Notes under the pieces: model-generated
The model's database searches: none
The model's input: only the letters and a program-made list of their open reading frames with translations
What the model was told of the DNA's origin: nothing
DNA from: Candidatus Woesearchaeota archaeon
Lineage (GTDB): Archaea > Nanobdellota > Nanobdellia > SCGC-AAA011-G17 > GW2011-AR18
Assembly (NCBI GenBank): GCA_964344975.1
Contig: CAYFPK010000003.1
Location: 2,147 to 66,146, forward strand
Reading direction: 5' to 3'
Length of the DNA: 64,000 nt
Made by a program: the position numbers and the translations under genes
Shown: in pieces, positions 9,660-17,791 of the stretch
Layout: each line of letters begins with the position of its first letter
How positions within the stretch are numbered: the first letter of the stretch is position 1

Positions 9660-9790
9660 GTTCTTTGCACGTGGATTTGCTATAAAAAGGTTGCCATTAT
9701 TGGTTACCAATGTACGAAAGTTTTATAAAGTGCTTTTTAAAGGTTGTTGTTTTACGAAAGCTTTATCTATGCTTTTCTCTCTGTACCCTC

Positions 9791-10252
9791 ATGGCATGTG
9801 GTGAATTTACTTTATTTGACGAGAACTATACCCCTTCAGTGAGTTCGTATGTTCGTCCTGTTCATGGATCTGTGACTGATTATGGTGCTGCTCGCTCCTT
9901 TGGGTACGGGTATACTAACACAGAAACTGGAGAGTATGCTACAGCTCCAGTGCGTGTGGCTGCTTCGTATGGTGTTACTGCACCTGTCTTGTACACTGCT
10001 GTTTCTGCCTACACGCCTGTAACTCATGATGAGTCTGCCTTTGTTGCTGTTGCCGCTGATCCTTTTGTTGAACGAGCTGAAGCTACTTTTGTGCGTGATG
10101 CACAGTTTTCTGCTGCGCTTGATTTTATTGCTGCTGAACGTGGTTCTTTAGCAGCTGCTAACGATACTTCTTCAGATTTGCTTGCAAAGATTTTAGCTGA
10201 ACGTTCCTCATTATCTGTGCTTGAACAGGAGGTGCTTGATGACGCCGCTTGA
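9791..10252 (+). CDS. Hypothetical Ala-rich protein (153 aa)
   Basis: ORF with Met start MACGEF... and a helical, acidic C-terminus (...SDLLAKILAERSSLSVLEQEVLDDAA). Its stop overlaps the start of the downstream AAA ATPase. No recognisable domain. Confidence 0.4.
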   Translation: MACGEFTLFDENYTPSVSSYVRPVHGSVTDYGAARSFGYGYTNTETGEYATAPVRVAASYGVTAPVLYTAVSAYTPVTHDESAFVAVAADPFVERAEATFVRDAQFSAALDFIAAERGSLAAANDTSSDLLAKILAERSSLSVLEQEVLDDAA

Positions 10253-11396
10253 AGATGCACAACAGTTGGAGTTGCGTGCGTATGCCGAAAAAGATCTTCG
10301 TGTGAAAAAAAAGTTGTACCTAGATGCTGCTGAAATCTATGTGCGTTTAGCACATGCTGCACCTCAACATGAAAAAGTGCTTTTAGAAAAAGCTGAATCG
10401 CTTTTTGCCATTGCTAAAGGTATCACGGTGTCTGCTTCTGCACAAAAACCTGATGCGTTTTTGCAAAAAATTATGCCGAAAAAACCTACATTACGTTTCT
10501 CTGATGTTGCAGGTCTTGCTGATTTGAAAGAAAAAATTCGTTTAAAAATTATTGCGCCGTTTGCACATCCTGAGTTATACAAAACGTTTGGTAAGTCTGT
10601 CGGTGGTGGCGTGCTTATGTACGGTCCGCCAGGATGTGGTAAGTCTTTAATTGCTGAAGCGTGTGCGGGTGAGGCGTCAGTGACTTTTTTTCATGTGAAA
10701 GCAAGTGATGTGAAAAGTAAGTTTGTCGGTGAGACTGAACAAAATATTGCTAAACTGTTTGCTGCTGCACGACGTATGCAACCGTGTATTGTGTTTTTTG
10801 ATGAGTTTGAATCTTTAGGTGGTGAGCGAACTTCAGCTTCTTCGTATGATCGCAGCATGGTTTCTCAATTGTTAACTGAAATGGATGGGTTAGGTACTAA
10901 AGATGATCAAATTTTGTTTTTAGCAGCAACTAATGAACCGTGGAGTGTCGACTCTGCTTTACGTCGTGGTGGACGGTTTGGCTCAACTCTGTTTGTTCCT
11001 CCACCGGATGCTGCAGCGCGCGAAGGTATCTTTGCTTTGCAGCTAAAAGATAAACCTTTAGCTGCCGATGTGTCTTTAACGATTCTAGCTGGTTTATGTG
11101 AAGGGTATTCTGGTGCGGATATTGCTGAAGTGTGTAACGATGCTATTGAAGCGGTCTTGTCTGATTGTTTGACCTCTGGTGTTGTACGACCGTTACAATT
11201 GTCTGATTTTACTGCTGTTCTGGATAAACGTGTGAGTCCGCTTACTGCGTGGTTTGATCGTGCAGTTGGTATTGTGCATCGTCGTGGGTTGGAAGAACAG
11301 TTTGCTGAGTTAGTTGCGTATACTGCGCCTGCTGCTTCTGAGAATGTCGTTTCTGTAGATGAGTCAGCTTCTGGTTCTCTTGCTGATTTGCTCTAA
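10239..11396 (+). CDS. Vps4/CdvC-like (meiotic-clade) AAA+ ATPase with an N-terminal MIT-like helical domain
   Basis: AAA core LMYGPPGCGKS...FFHVKASDVKSKFVGETE...CIVFFDEFESL...LAATNEPWSVDSALRRGGRF aligns block for block with Vps4/katanin/spastin ATPases. The N-terminal ~80 aa form helices (LRAYAEKDLRVKKKLYLDAAEIYVRLA) like a MIT domain. Confidence 0.8.
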   Translation: MTPLEDAQQLELRAYAEKDLRVKKKLYLDAAEIYVRLAHAAPQHEKVLLEKAESLFAIAKGITVSASAQKPDAFLQKIMPKKPTLRFSDVAGLADLKEKIRLKIIAPFAHPELYKTFGKSVGGGVLMYGPPGCGKSLIAEACAGEASVTFFHVKASDVKSKFVGETEQNIAKLFAAARRMQPCIVFFDEFESLGGERTSASSYDRSMVSQLLTEMDGLGTKDDQILFLAATNEPWSVDSALRRGGRFGSTLFVPPPDAAAREGIFALQLKDKPLAADVSLTILAGLCEGYSGADIAEVCNDAIEAVLSDCLTSGVVRPLQLSDFTAVLDKRVSPLTAWFDRAVGIVHRRGLEEQFAELVAYTAPAASENVVSVDESASGSLADLL

Positions 11397-11429
11397 ATCT
11401 TTAAATATTTTTTCCCTTTCTTTTTTTCT

Positions 11430-11753
11430 ATGGCTAGAGCTATTGTTTGTGTGTATGAAGATCTTGCTGAGCGTGATTTTTGCTATTATGTGGATGTTGT
11501 CTCTGGCCAGGTTAACCTTTTTTCTCGTAGGTCTCACACGACTGGCGCTGTTGCTGATTGTGCTTGCGATGTTGCTGCTTTGCTTGGACCTTGGCGATTG
11601 GGTCATGTTACTCTTTTTAATGGCAATGTGTATGCTTCAGAAAAATCTCTTCCTCTTTATGAGGCTTTATCTGGGGAAAACTTCTCTTCTTTTTTTTCTG
11701 CGCTTCAAGATATTTTCCCTGCACTAGAAATTATTGTTGGGGAGAAGTCTTAA
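11430..11753 (+). CDS. Hypothetical protein (107 aa)
   Basis: ORF only. No recognisable motif. Confidence 0.3.
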   Translation: MARAIVCVYEDLAERDFCYYVDVVSGQVNLFSRRSHTTGAVADCACDVAALLGPWRLGHVTLFNGNVYASEKSLPLYEALSGENFSSFFSALQDIFPALEIIVGEKS

Positions 11754-11777
11754 ATACCTTACTGGTTTGCTTTTTGT

Positions 11778-12209
11778 ATGGCTGATGTAGCAAAGAAAGG
11801 CGATAAAGTGCAAGTTCACTACAAAGGAACTTTTGATTCTGGTGAAGTGTTTGATACATCTGAAGGTAAGGACCCTTTATCTTTTGAAGTGGGTGCAAAA
11901 CAAGTTGTTACTGGTTTTGATGCGGCTGTTGAAGGTATGGCTGTCGGTGAGTCTAAAGATGTTGTTTTAGAGCCTACTGATGCGTATGGTGCTGTACATG
12001 ATGAGCTCAAAAAAGAGTTTCCTCGCGATAAGTTGCCTGCTGATTTTGCAGTAAAGGTTGGTGATACGTTACCTTTACAAGCCCCAACAGGTCAAGTGTA
12101 CCCTGCGAAAGTTTTAGAAGTGCATGATGATCGTCTACTTTTAGATTTGAACCACCCTTTGGCTGGCAAGACGCTTCATTTTCACCTTGAACTTGTGGCT
12201 ATTGCATAA
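11778..12209 (+). CDS. FKBP-type peptidyl-prolyl cis-trans isomerase (SlyD/FkpA-like)
   Basis: VHYKGTFDSGEVFDTSEGKDPLSFEVGAKQVVTGFDAAVEGMAVGESK...AYG is the FKBP fold signature. Confidence 0.8.
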   Translation: MADVAKKGDKVQVHYKGTFDSGEVFDTSEGKDPLSFEVGAKQVVTGFDAAVEGMAVGESKDVVLEPTDAYGAVHDELKKEFPRDKLPADFAVKVGDTLPLQAPTGQVYPAKVLEVHDDRLLLDLNHPLAGKTLHFHLELVAIA

Positions 12210-12245
12210 CAACCTTTTTTAGTTTTTTGTACTTTACTCTTATCT

Positions 12246-12932
12246 ATGTCCGGGTATCGTCAACAATTTTTAGATCTTTTGCCCACTTTTTCTGAGCATC
12301 CCAAGTTAGCTGGAGCTGACCTTGAAAACTTTTTTGCTGCGTTTGGCCCTGTGTTTCCTCTGCGTATGCTTACTTTGAAACGCTGGGATCGATTCGGCCG
12401 GCCGTTTGATCACCGTTTTTTTCGTCGTGGTACCCATTTTATTGATGATGATGCTCATCTTGTGGCAAACGATGATTCTACCTGTGCTGTGTTTTTGCGT
12501 TATCCTGATTTTTCTGTTGTTGAAAGTGAAGCTGTCACGCGTCACTATTCAGTCGAAGAATATCTTTGCTTTCTTATGCATGCTCATGAGCTTGATGCTG
12601 AGTATGGGTCTGTTGTCTATAATTCTCGCGGTCATGAGGGTGCACTTGATGCTTCTTCACTTATGGATCTTTATCATCAACATCGTTTAGCTCTGGCTTT
12701 GCCTGTCTCTTTTTCTTCTGGGCGTTTTTCTATGCGTGCAGCGTTAACTTCTCTTGAAGATATGCATTTTGATTGGCGGCTTGAACATCCGCATGTTGCT
12801 AAGAGTTTTCGTATCTGGCAAGATCTTGCCACGCTTGTTGCTAAAGACCGGTTTCGTCTTTCTTCTGTTATGGCCGTTCAAGGTCTTGAGTCTTTGTACA
12901 ATATCGCTTTTGATGCGTTTGAGCGAGGGTGA
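12246..12932 (+). CDS. Hypothetical protein (228 aa)
   Basis: ORF only. His/Arg/Asp-rich, with no recognised domain. Confidence 0.35.
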   Translation: MSGYRQQFLDLLPTFSEHPKLAGADLENFFAAFGPVFPLRMLTLKRWDRFGRPFDHRFFRRGTHFIDDDAHLVANDDSTCAVFLRYPDFSVVESEAVTRHYSVEEYLCFLMHAHELDAEYGSVVYNSRGHEGALDASSLMDLYHQHRLALALPVSFSSGRFSMRAALTSLEDMHFDWRLEHPHVAKSFRIWQDLATLVAKDRFRLSSVMAVQGLESLYNIAFDAFERG

Positions 12933-13012
12933 CGTCCTCCCCGGACTGAAGTGAAAGGCTTTCGCATTTAAGAAAAGTAAAGTTTTTAAACCCTGGTTCT
13001 TGTGAATTTTGT

Positions 13013-14035
13013 ATGCGTGTTGTTATCTTTTGTCTTGTTCTTTTGCTGAGTTTCTCCTTTGTCTCTGCTGAGGTTGTGGGTTCGTTTGATGGCCTTGTTG
13101 CAGATGTTGATTATAGTGCTATGTGGAAAATTGAAGGGACTACCTTTAACCAACTCTTTAATGAGTATACTGATTGGTACACTATTTCTATTGTACAAGT
13201 TACTTCTGATGGATGTCTTATTGGCGTTGCGTCAGGTCTTAGTGTTAATCCAACGTTACTTGTACCTACCTTTGTTGAAGCTGGTACCATTGTTGAACAA
13301 GATGGTTTAGTGTTTGGTGTTGCTGATGTGGATTTAACTCCTCTTCGTTGTGAGTTTGCGTATGATTTTGACGCATATGGTTCTTTAACTGATGGTGAGG
13401 ATGTTGGTGATACGCTTGTTGAGGATGAAGCAGATGATGTTGGTGATCTGCCTGTAGGTGACGAAACTTATCCTGCGCAAGTGGTCAATTGTCTTGAAAC
13501 TGATAATGGTGATGATCCGCATAATTTTGGTTCTGTTGAAGTGCAACTTGATGATGGGTCTTCTTTGCATTATACAGATATGTGTCCTGAGGAACATGAA
13601 CTTGTAGAGTTTTATTGTGATTATGATCGTGTGCTTGATGGAGATCCTGTGCCTGTTGGTTCACGTCATAGTTATTACACCTGTCCTGGTGTGTGTTCGC
13701 ATGGTGAGTGTGGTGTACAGTGTTCTGAATCTGATGGTGGCTTTGCGCCGTATAGTGGTGGGGTGATGGAGCATAGTTTTGTACATCTTAGCTCCCCTGT
13801 TGCAGATAGTTGTTATTCCCCATATAAATTGACCGAGTATTACTGCAATGATGCGTTGTATGCTGATGCAGATCCAGAGAATGATTTTCATCATTCAGTA
13901 TGGTGTAATTATGGCTGTATCACTGATACGTCTACTTTTGATTTAGATAAAGGGCGGTGTCGTACTTTGACTGAGGCTATGAATCCTTGGTCGACGTTTC
14001 AGTGGATTTTGCAGTGGTTTGTTTCTTGGAAGTAA
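13013..14035 (+). CDS. Secreted acidic Cys-rich protein with internal repeats
   Basis: N-terminal signal peptide (MRVVIFCLVLLLSFSFVSA). High Asp/Glu content and many Cys. Two related modules (...HYTDMCPEEHELVEFYCDYD... and ...CYSPYKLTEYYCNDALYADAD...). Confidence 0.5.
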   Translation: MRVVIFCLVLLLSFSFVSAEVVGSFDGLVADVDYSAMWKIEGTTFNQLFNEYTDWYTISIVQVTSDGCLIGVASGLSVNPTLLVPTFVEAGTIVEQDGLVFGVADVDLTPLRCEFAYDFDAYGSLTDGEDVGDTLVEDEADDVGDLPVGDETYPAQVVNCLETDNGDDPHNFGSVEVQLDDGSSLHYTDMCPEEHELVEFYCDYDRVLDGDPVPVGSRHSYYTCPGVCSHGECGVQCSESDGGFAPYSGGVMEHSFVHLSSPVADSCYSPYKLTEYYCNDALYADADPENDFHHSVWCNYGCITDTSTFDLDKGRCRTLTEAMNPWSTFQWILQWFVSWK

Positions 14036-14040
14036 GTTAG

Positions 14041-14841
14041 ATGGCTTTACAGCAGAAAAGTACGCAGGATTGGCAGGCGTTTTACACTGAAGGAAGGTTG
14101 GGTTTACAACGGCGAGTCGAAGGTGTTGTTCATAAATTATTTTTAAATTCTTTTCAGCGTGTGTTATATCATGAAGTTGCGCAACGTGTTGCTACTCTTC
14201 TTAAGAATCAAGATTCTGTTACTCTTCTTAGTGCTGGTTCGGGCATTGATTATATTGCATATAAGTTGAAAAAACGGTTTGGTGCATCTGTGCGTATCGC
14301 TTTGCTCGATGTGTCTGCACAATGTATCGCTGAAAATAAAGCCTTGTTTGGTAATTCTTTATCTTACTTTGTTGGCGACATCTTTTCTTTTGATTTTACT
14401 TCTGTGTTTGATGCTCCTGTTGATATTATTTACAATACTGGATTGCTTGAACATTTTGCAGAAGTTGAGCAGAAAAACATTATCACTCGTATTACAAAGG
14501 CTTTATCTTTAGATGGTTTTTATGTGACATTAAACCCGCACACTGCAGGTCGTGTGTATATTCACTGCATGCGTTTAGCGCAACGTAAGAAGGTTTGGCC
14601 GTTTGGTCGTGAAGAGCCCATCTTGACTCTACGTCCTTTTGCTACGAAAAGTTTTTCTCTAGTTTCAGAATACCCTTGTTGTAGCTTAGGGCAACTTGCA
14701 TTTTTGTTGTATAAGAATAAACTTTTGTTCGTTGTGTTGTTGCCTGTGATTTTGTTTGGACGGTATGTGCTTGTTTTTGATCGTTTCTTTGGTAAGCTTT
14801 TTGGGTTCTATGGTCTAGTTAGTGTGTTTAGAAAAGGTTAG
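14041..14841 (+). CDS. Putative class I SAM-dependent methyltransferase with C-terminal transmembrane segment
   Basis: Weak motif I (TLLSAGSGIDY) and a post-motif II region (IIYNTGLLEHF). C-terminal hydrophobic segment (LLFVVLLPVILFG). Confidence 0.4.
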   Translation: MALQQKSTQDWQAFYTEGRLGLQRRVEGVVHKLFLNSFQRVLYHEVAQRVATLLKNQDSVTLLSAGSGIDYIAYKLKKRFGASVRIALLDVSAQCIAENKALFGNSLSYFVGDIFSFDFTSVFDAPVDIIYNTGLLEHFAEVEQKNIITRITKALSLDGFYVTLNPHTAGRVYIHCMRLAQRKKVWPFGREEPILTLRPFATKSFSLVSEYPCCSLGQLAFLLYKNKLLFVVLLPVILFGRYVLVFDRFFGKLFGFYGLVSVFRKG

Positions 14842-15184
14842 CTTCTCTTGCTGTTGCTATGTCGACTGTTCTACAAAATTTTCTATATCTTCTTTCATAT
14901 GCCTCTCTTCTTTTTGTAAACTCTCTGAATACATATCCTGCTGCTTTGTTGCCTCTTTTTTCTAACTCGCCTAAACCTCTCTCAACCTTTCGTAATTCAG
15001 GGTGAAGTTCGCTGAGATGGTCAAATTCTATGAGTAGTTTATCTCTTGGTGAGAACCCGCTAAACTCTTTTTGAGAAGCTGCTTCAATCATCCTTCTATA
15101 AGTATCTTCAAGGAGATTATACATTTCTATAACATTCTCTCCATCCTCTATTAGCGTATTAAGGGATACATTTCTTGCTACCAT
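14828..15184 (-). CDS. Hypothetical protein (118 aa)
   Basis: ORF only. Charged, helical composition. Confidence 0.3.
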   Translation of the reverse strand: MVARNVSLNTLIEDGENVIEMYNLLEDTYRRMIEAASQKEFSGFSPRDKLLIEFDHLSELHPELRKVERGLGELEKRGNKAAGYVFREFTKRREAYERRYRKFCRTVDIATAREANLF

Positions 15185-15272
15185 CTTCTTTTGTTATGTG
15201 GGAAAATTTATATGTTTTTTGATGTGGGCAAAAAGCTAAATATTTATTAAGGATATTCTTGTTAGGGTATCC

Positions 15273-15644
15273 ATGCTTTCTGCTGAGGACTTGCAATCTG
15301 CTTTTTATGCTGCTCTTGCTCAACATGGTTTTGCTGCGGTTGATGAGCCGCGTACACCAGGTAATGTTGATTGTTTAGCTTCTGCACATGTTGAAGTGCA
15401 AGGTTTTTCTTGCTCGGATGGTCGTTTACGTGTGGATATTTCTGTTCCACTTAACACTGCTTCTCCTGAGCCTGTAGATGCTCTTTGTGATGATTTGTAT
15501 TCTCGCGCTTATAGTGGTCGTGTTCATTTTCTGCGTCCTCGAGAAGATCTTTTTGTTACTCCAGTAAACCTCTCTGAAGTTGTTGCGAGAACCCTTGTAC
15601 TTGCTGAGCGGGGAAATTCGCTTTATACTGCTTATGTGCAGTGA
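15273..15644 (+). CDS. Hypothetical protein (123 aa)
   Basis: ORF preceded by a TATA-like AAATTTATATG. Confidence 0.3.
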   Translation: MLSAEDLQSAFYAALAQHGFAAVDEPRTPGNVDCLASAHVEVQGFSCSDGRLRVDISVPLNTASPEPVDALCDDLYSRAYSGRVHFLRPREDLFVTPVNLSEVVARTLVLAERGNSLYTAYVQ

Positions 15645-15681
15645 ATGCATACTTTTTTATTCTTCACTACTTTTCTTTTCT

Positions 15682-16007
15682 TACGGTAAGCGCGCTGTCC
15701 ACCTGTCGTAACCTGTAAAGGTAGATGAGGAAAGTCCGCCCACCGCAAAAGGCAACCTTGGGAAACCAGGATCCTGAGAGGGATGGCAACCACACAAGCA
15801 ACGACACGTCCTCTCCATATGGAATGATGCATGCGAAGAAGACGGTAACGTTTTTGAGTTAACCTGCTGACGTCGGATGAGGGATCGATGAGACGGTGGT
15901 CCTTGCTGGTGCAAGTCATTGTGACGCTGAGTTGAATGGTGGAATAGAGGATCGGTGTTTTTACACTATTGTCTCTAACAGAAGGCGGCTTATGGCGTGG
16001 ATACCGT
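15682..16007 (+). ncRNA. rnpB: RNase P RNA (type A-like, ~326 nt)
   Basis: CR-I-like AGGAAAGTCCGCCCACC at ~15723 and CR-IV-like ACAGAAGGCGGCTTA at ~15978. The two P4 strands (AAGUCCGCC and GGCGGCUU) pair with compensatory changes relative to the E. coli CCGG/CCGG pairing. P1 can form between ACGGTAAGCGCG at the 5' end and GGCGTGGATACCGT at the 3' end. T-runs follow. Confidence 0.8.
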
Positions 16008-16028
16008 TTATTTTTTTAATTTTTTTTC
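16008..16028 (+). terminator. Oligo-T tract after rnpB (archaeal-type terminator candidate)
   Basis: TTTATTTTTTTTTAATTTTTTTT immediately 3' of the predicted P1 closing strand. Confidence 0.35.
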
Positions 16029-16463
16029 AATCTCTTTTTTTACTGCTGAAATATATAGGTCGAATTGAAGTTCTGCTCTTTTCCACATTTCTTTACTTAT
16101 GTTAAGTCCTTGATACTTGTTTTTGTTTCTTGTGGTTCTTATTTCTTCGAGAAAATTCCAATCAAGGGCTAAATCTTTAAAATTTAAGACTATGAATGCG
16201 AAAACTCCTTGGTGGTTGCTTGTTTTTTGTTCTTTAAAGCGCATGAGCTGATCACAAAGTTCTCTAAATACGTCGTAATTTATATTGAAGATGACTCGCC
16301 AGCTTGGTTTTTGCATCTTTCTTAGTTTTTTTCCAAATGTATAATCTTCTTCTGTCATGCTTACTACTTTTTTTATTTCGTTTTTATCGCAATTAGCTTC
16401 AAGATATAATCCTTCTGTTGCTAATCTTTCATAGATCTCTTTTGGTGTTATTATTTTAGGCAT
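16008..16463 (-). CDS. Putative HEPN-like partner protein of the upstream nucleotidyltransferase
   Basis: 151 aa helical protein overlapping the MNT gene by 8 nt. Position and size fit HEPN/NTase-substrate-binding partners. RTTRNKNKY is a degenerate Rx4-6H-like region. Local GC is ~25%. Confidence 0.45.
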   Translation of the reverse strand: MPKIITPKEIYERLATEGLYLEANCDKNEIKKVVSMTEEDYTFGKKLRKMQKPSWRVIFNINYDVFRELCDQLMRFKEQKTSNHQGVFAFIVLNFKDLALDWNFLEEIRTTRNKNKYQGLNISKEMWKRAELQFDLYISAVKKEIEKKLKK

Positions 16464-16998
16464 TTATTTTTACCTCAAAGGGTTCGTTACTTGTTTTAAT
16501 ATGGAACCCTTTTATAATATTTGGAATTAAATTTTGGTCTAATTCTTTTTTTAATTTTGCTTTATTTTTATAACTGCAAATTTGAATCTCTCTTTTTAAT
16601 TTTTTTTCAAATTTTCCTTTCTCAAATTCGCTATCATCTCCAAAGATGAATAAGTCGATATCACTTGAGTTATTCCAATTGCCTTTGGCAAAGCTTCCAA
16701 AAATGATTGCTGTTTGTATGTTTTTGCAGTTTCTGATGTGCTCAAATAATCCGCTTTCTTGAAGCATTTTTAAGCCGTATAGTTGTTTTTCTCCCCTGAA
16801 TTTTTGTGTCTGTCTTTTTGCTATGTAATAAGGCATTTTTCCTTTTGGCTTTATGCGTATAATTGTCCCTTCTTTTAAAAGTTCTTTAAGAAAATGATTT
16901 GTTCGTTCTCGGCTCATTTTTGTCTCTTGCATGATTTTTGTGAAGTGCCACCTTCTTAATGTGTCTTTAAAAAAAATTTCTCGAATTCTCTCCTTCAT
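16456..16998 (-). CDS. Minimal nucleotidyltransferase (MNT, Pol-beta superfamily) with N-terminal wHTH
   Basis: IFGSFAKGNWNNSSDIDLFIFGD is the hG[GS]-x9-13-DxD NTase motif. An N-terminal HTH-like segment precedes it. Forms a two-gene cassette with the HEPN-like ORF. Confidence 0.7.
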   Translation of the reverse strand: MKERIREIFFKDTLRRWHFTKIMQETKMSRERTNHFLKELLKEGTIIRIKPKGKMPYYIAKRQTQKFRGEKQLYGLKMLQESGLFEHIRNCKNIQTAIIFGSFAKGNWNNSSDIDLFIFGDDSEFEKGKFEKKLKREIQICSYKNKAKLKKELDQNLIPNIIKGFHIKTSNEPFEVKINA

Positions 16999-17020
16999 AA
17001 TAGTATGATTAATCGAACTA

Positions 17021-17791
17021 TTATTTAAATTTTTGTTTTTTTGCTTTTACAAAGATCCTGTAGCCAACCCGTTGTAATTTGAGTTTGTTACACGTGTTAT
17101 CCATGACGGTTTGTAATGGTCTAAATACATTTCTAATTACGGGGATGTCTAATAAATATGGCCAGTATTCTTTAGCTTGCATGTCGATGATTTTTAAATT
17201 GTTTTCTTTAAACATTTGTTTAATCTCTTTGTAGTAAAACAACGTGTCGATAGGTTGCTGCGTTCTCTCTGGGTGTTCTGGTGCGATGAATTTTGCTTGC
17301 AAGCGTTTGTTGGGAATAATTTTGTACACCTTTTCAAAAATCTTGTACGCTGATGCGTTAGGAATCGTCATGGTGACTATCCCATCTTGTTTGAGGATTC
17401 TGTGGATTTCTTTGAGTACCTTGCTTGGGTTTTTGACGTGTTCAATGACTTCTGTGCAGATTACTCTATCAAATGTGTTATCTTCTAGTTGCATCTCTTC
17501 AGCGTCGCCGTTGATGATTTTTGCTTTTTCTTTGAGACGTTGCTTACTACTTTCATACAATCCCTTACTATATTCTAACCCGTGTAGTTCTGCGTGCGGA
17601 CTTTTTTTGTGTAATTGCTCTAACAAATATCCGTTACCGCAACCAATATCTATTGTTTTTTTGTTGTTCAGATCTCCTGCGTATTCTGCTACTGCTGTGT
17701 AGAAATATTTGGGCATAGTAATTTCTTCAGTAATATTTGAGTACGCGTTGCCAATTTCTTCTTTACTTAAATCAGTTCCCTTTTGTTGCAT
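17021..17791 (-). CDS. Class I SAM-dependent methyltransferase
   Basis: Motif I (IDIGCGNGYLLEQL), an acidic residue (LHGLEYS) and motif III (DRVICTEVIEHV): Methyltransf_11/23-like. Confidence 0.8.
   Translation of the reverse strand: MQQKGTDLSKEEIGNAYSNITEEITMPKYFYTAVAEYAGDLNNKKTIDIGCGNGYLLEQLHKKSPHAELHGLEYSKGLYESSKQRLKEKAKIINGDAEEMQLEDNTFDRVICTEVIEHVKNPSKVLKEIHRILKQDGIVTMTIPNASAYKIFEKVYKIIPNKRLQAKFIAPEHPERTQQPIDTLFYYKEIKQMFKENNLKIIDMQAKEYWPYLLDIPVIRNVFRPLQTVMDNTCNKLKLQRVGYRIFVKAKKQKFK

Noticed and set aside
15632-15919. Two minus-strand protein ORFs (95 and 77 aa) at the rnpB locus
   Set aside because: They overlap the RNase P RNA, which is supported by conserved CR-I/CR-IV blocks and P4 covariation. 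Their translations are Arg/Cys-rich nonsense with no start context.
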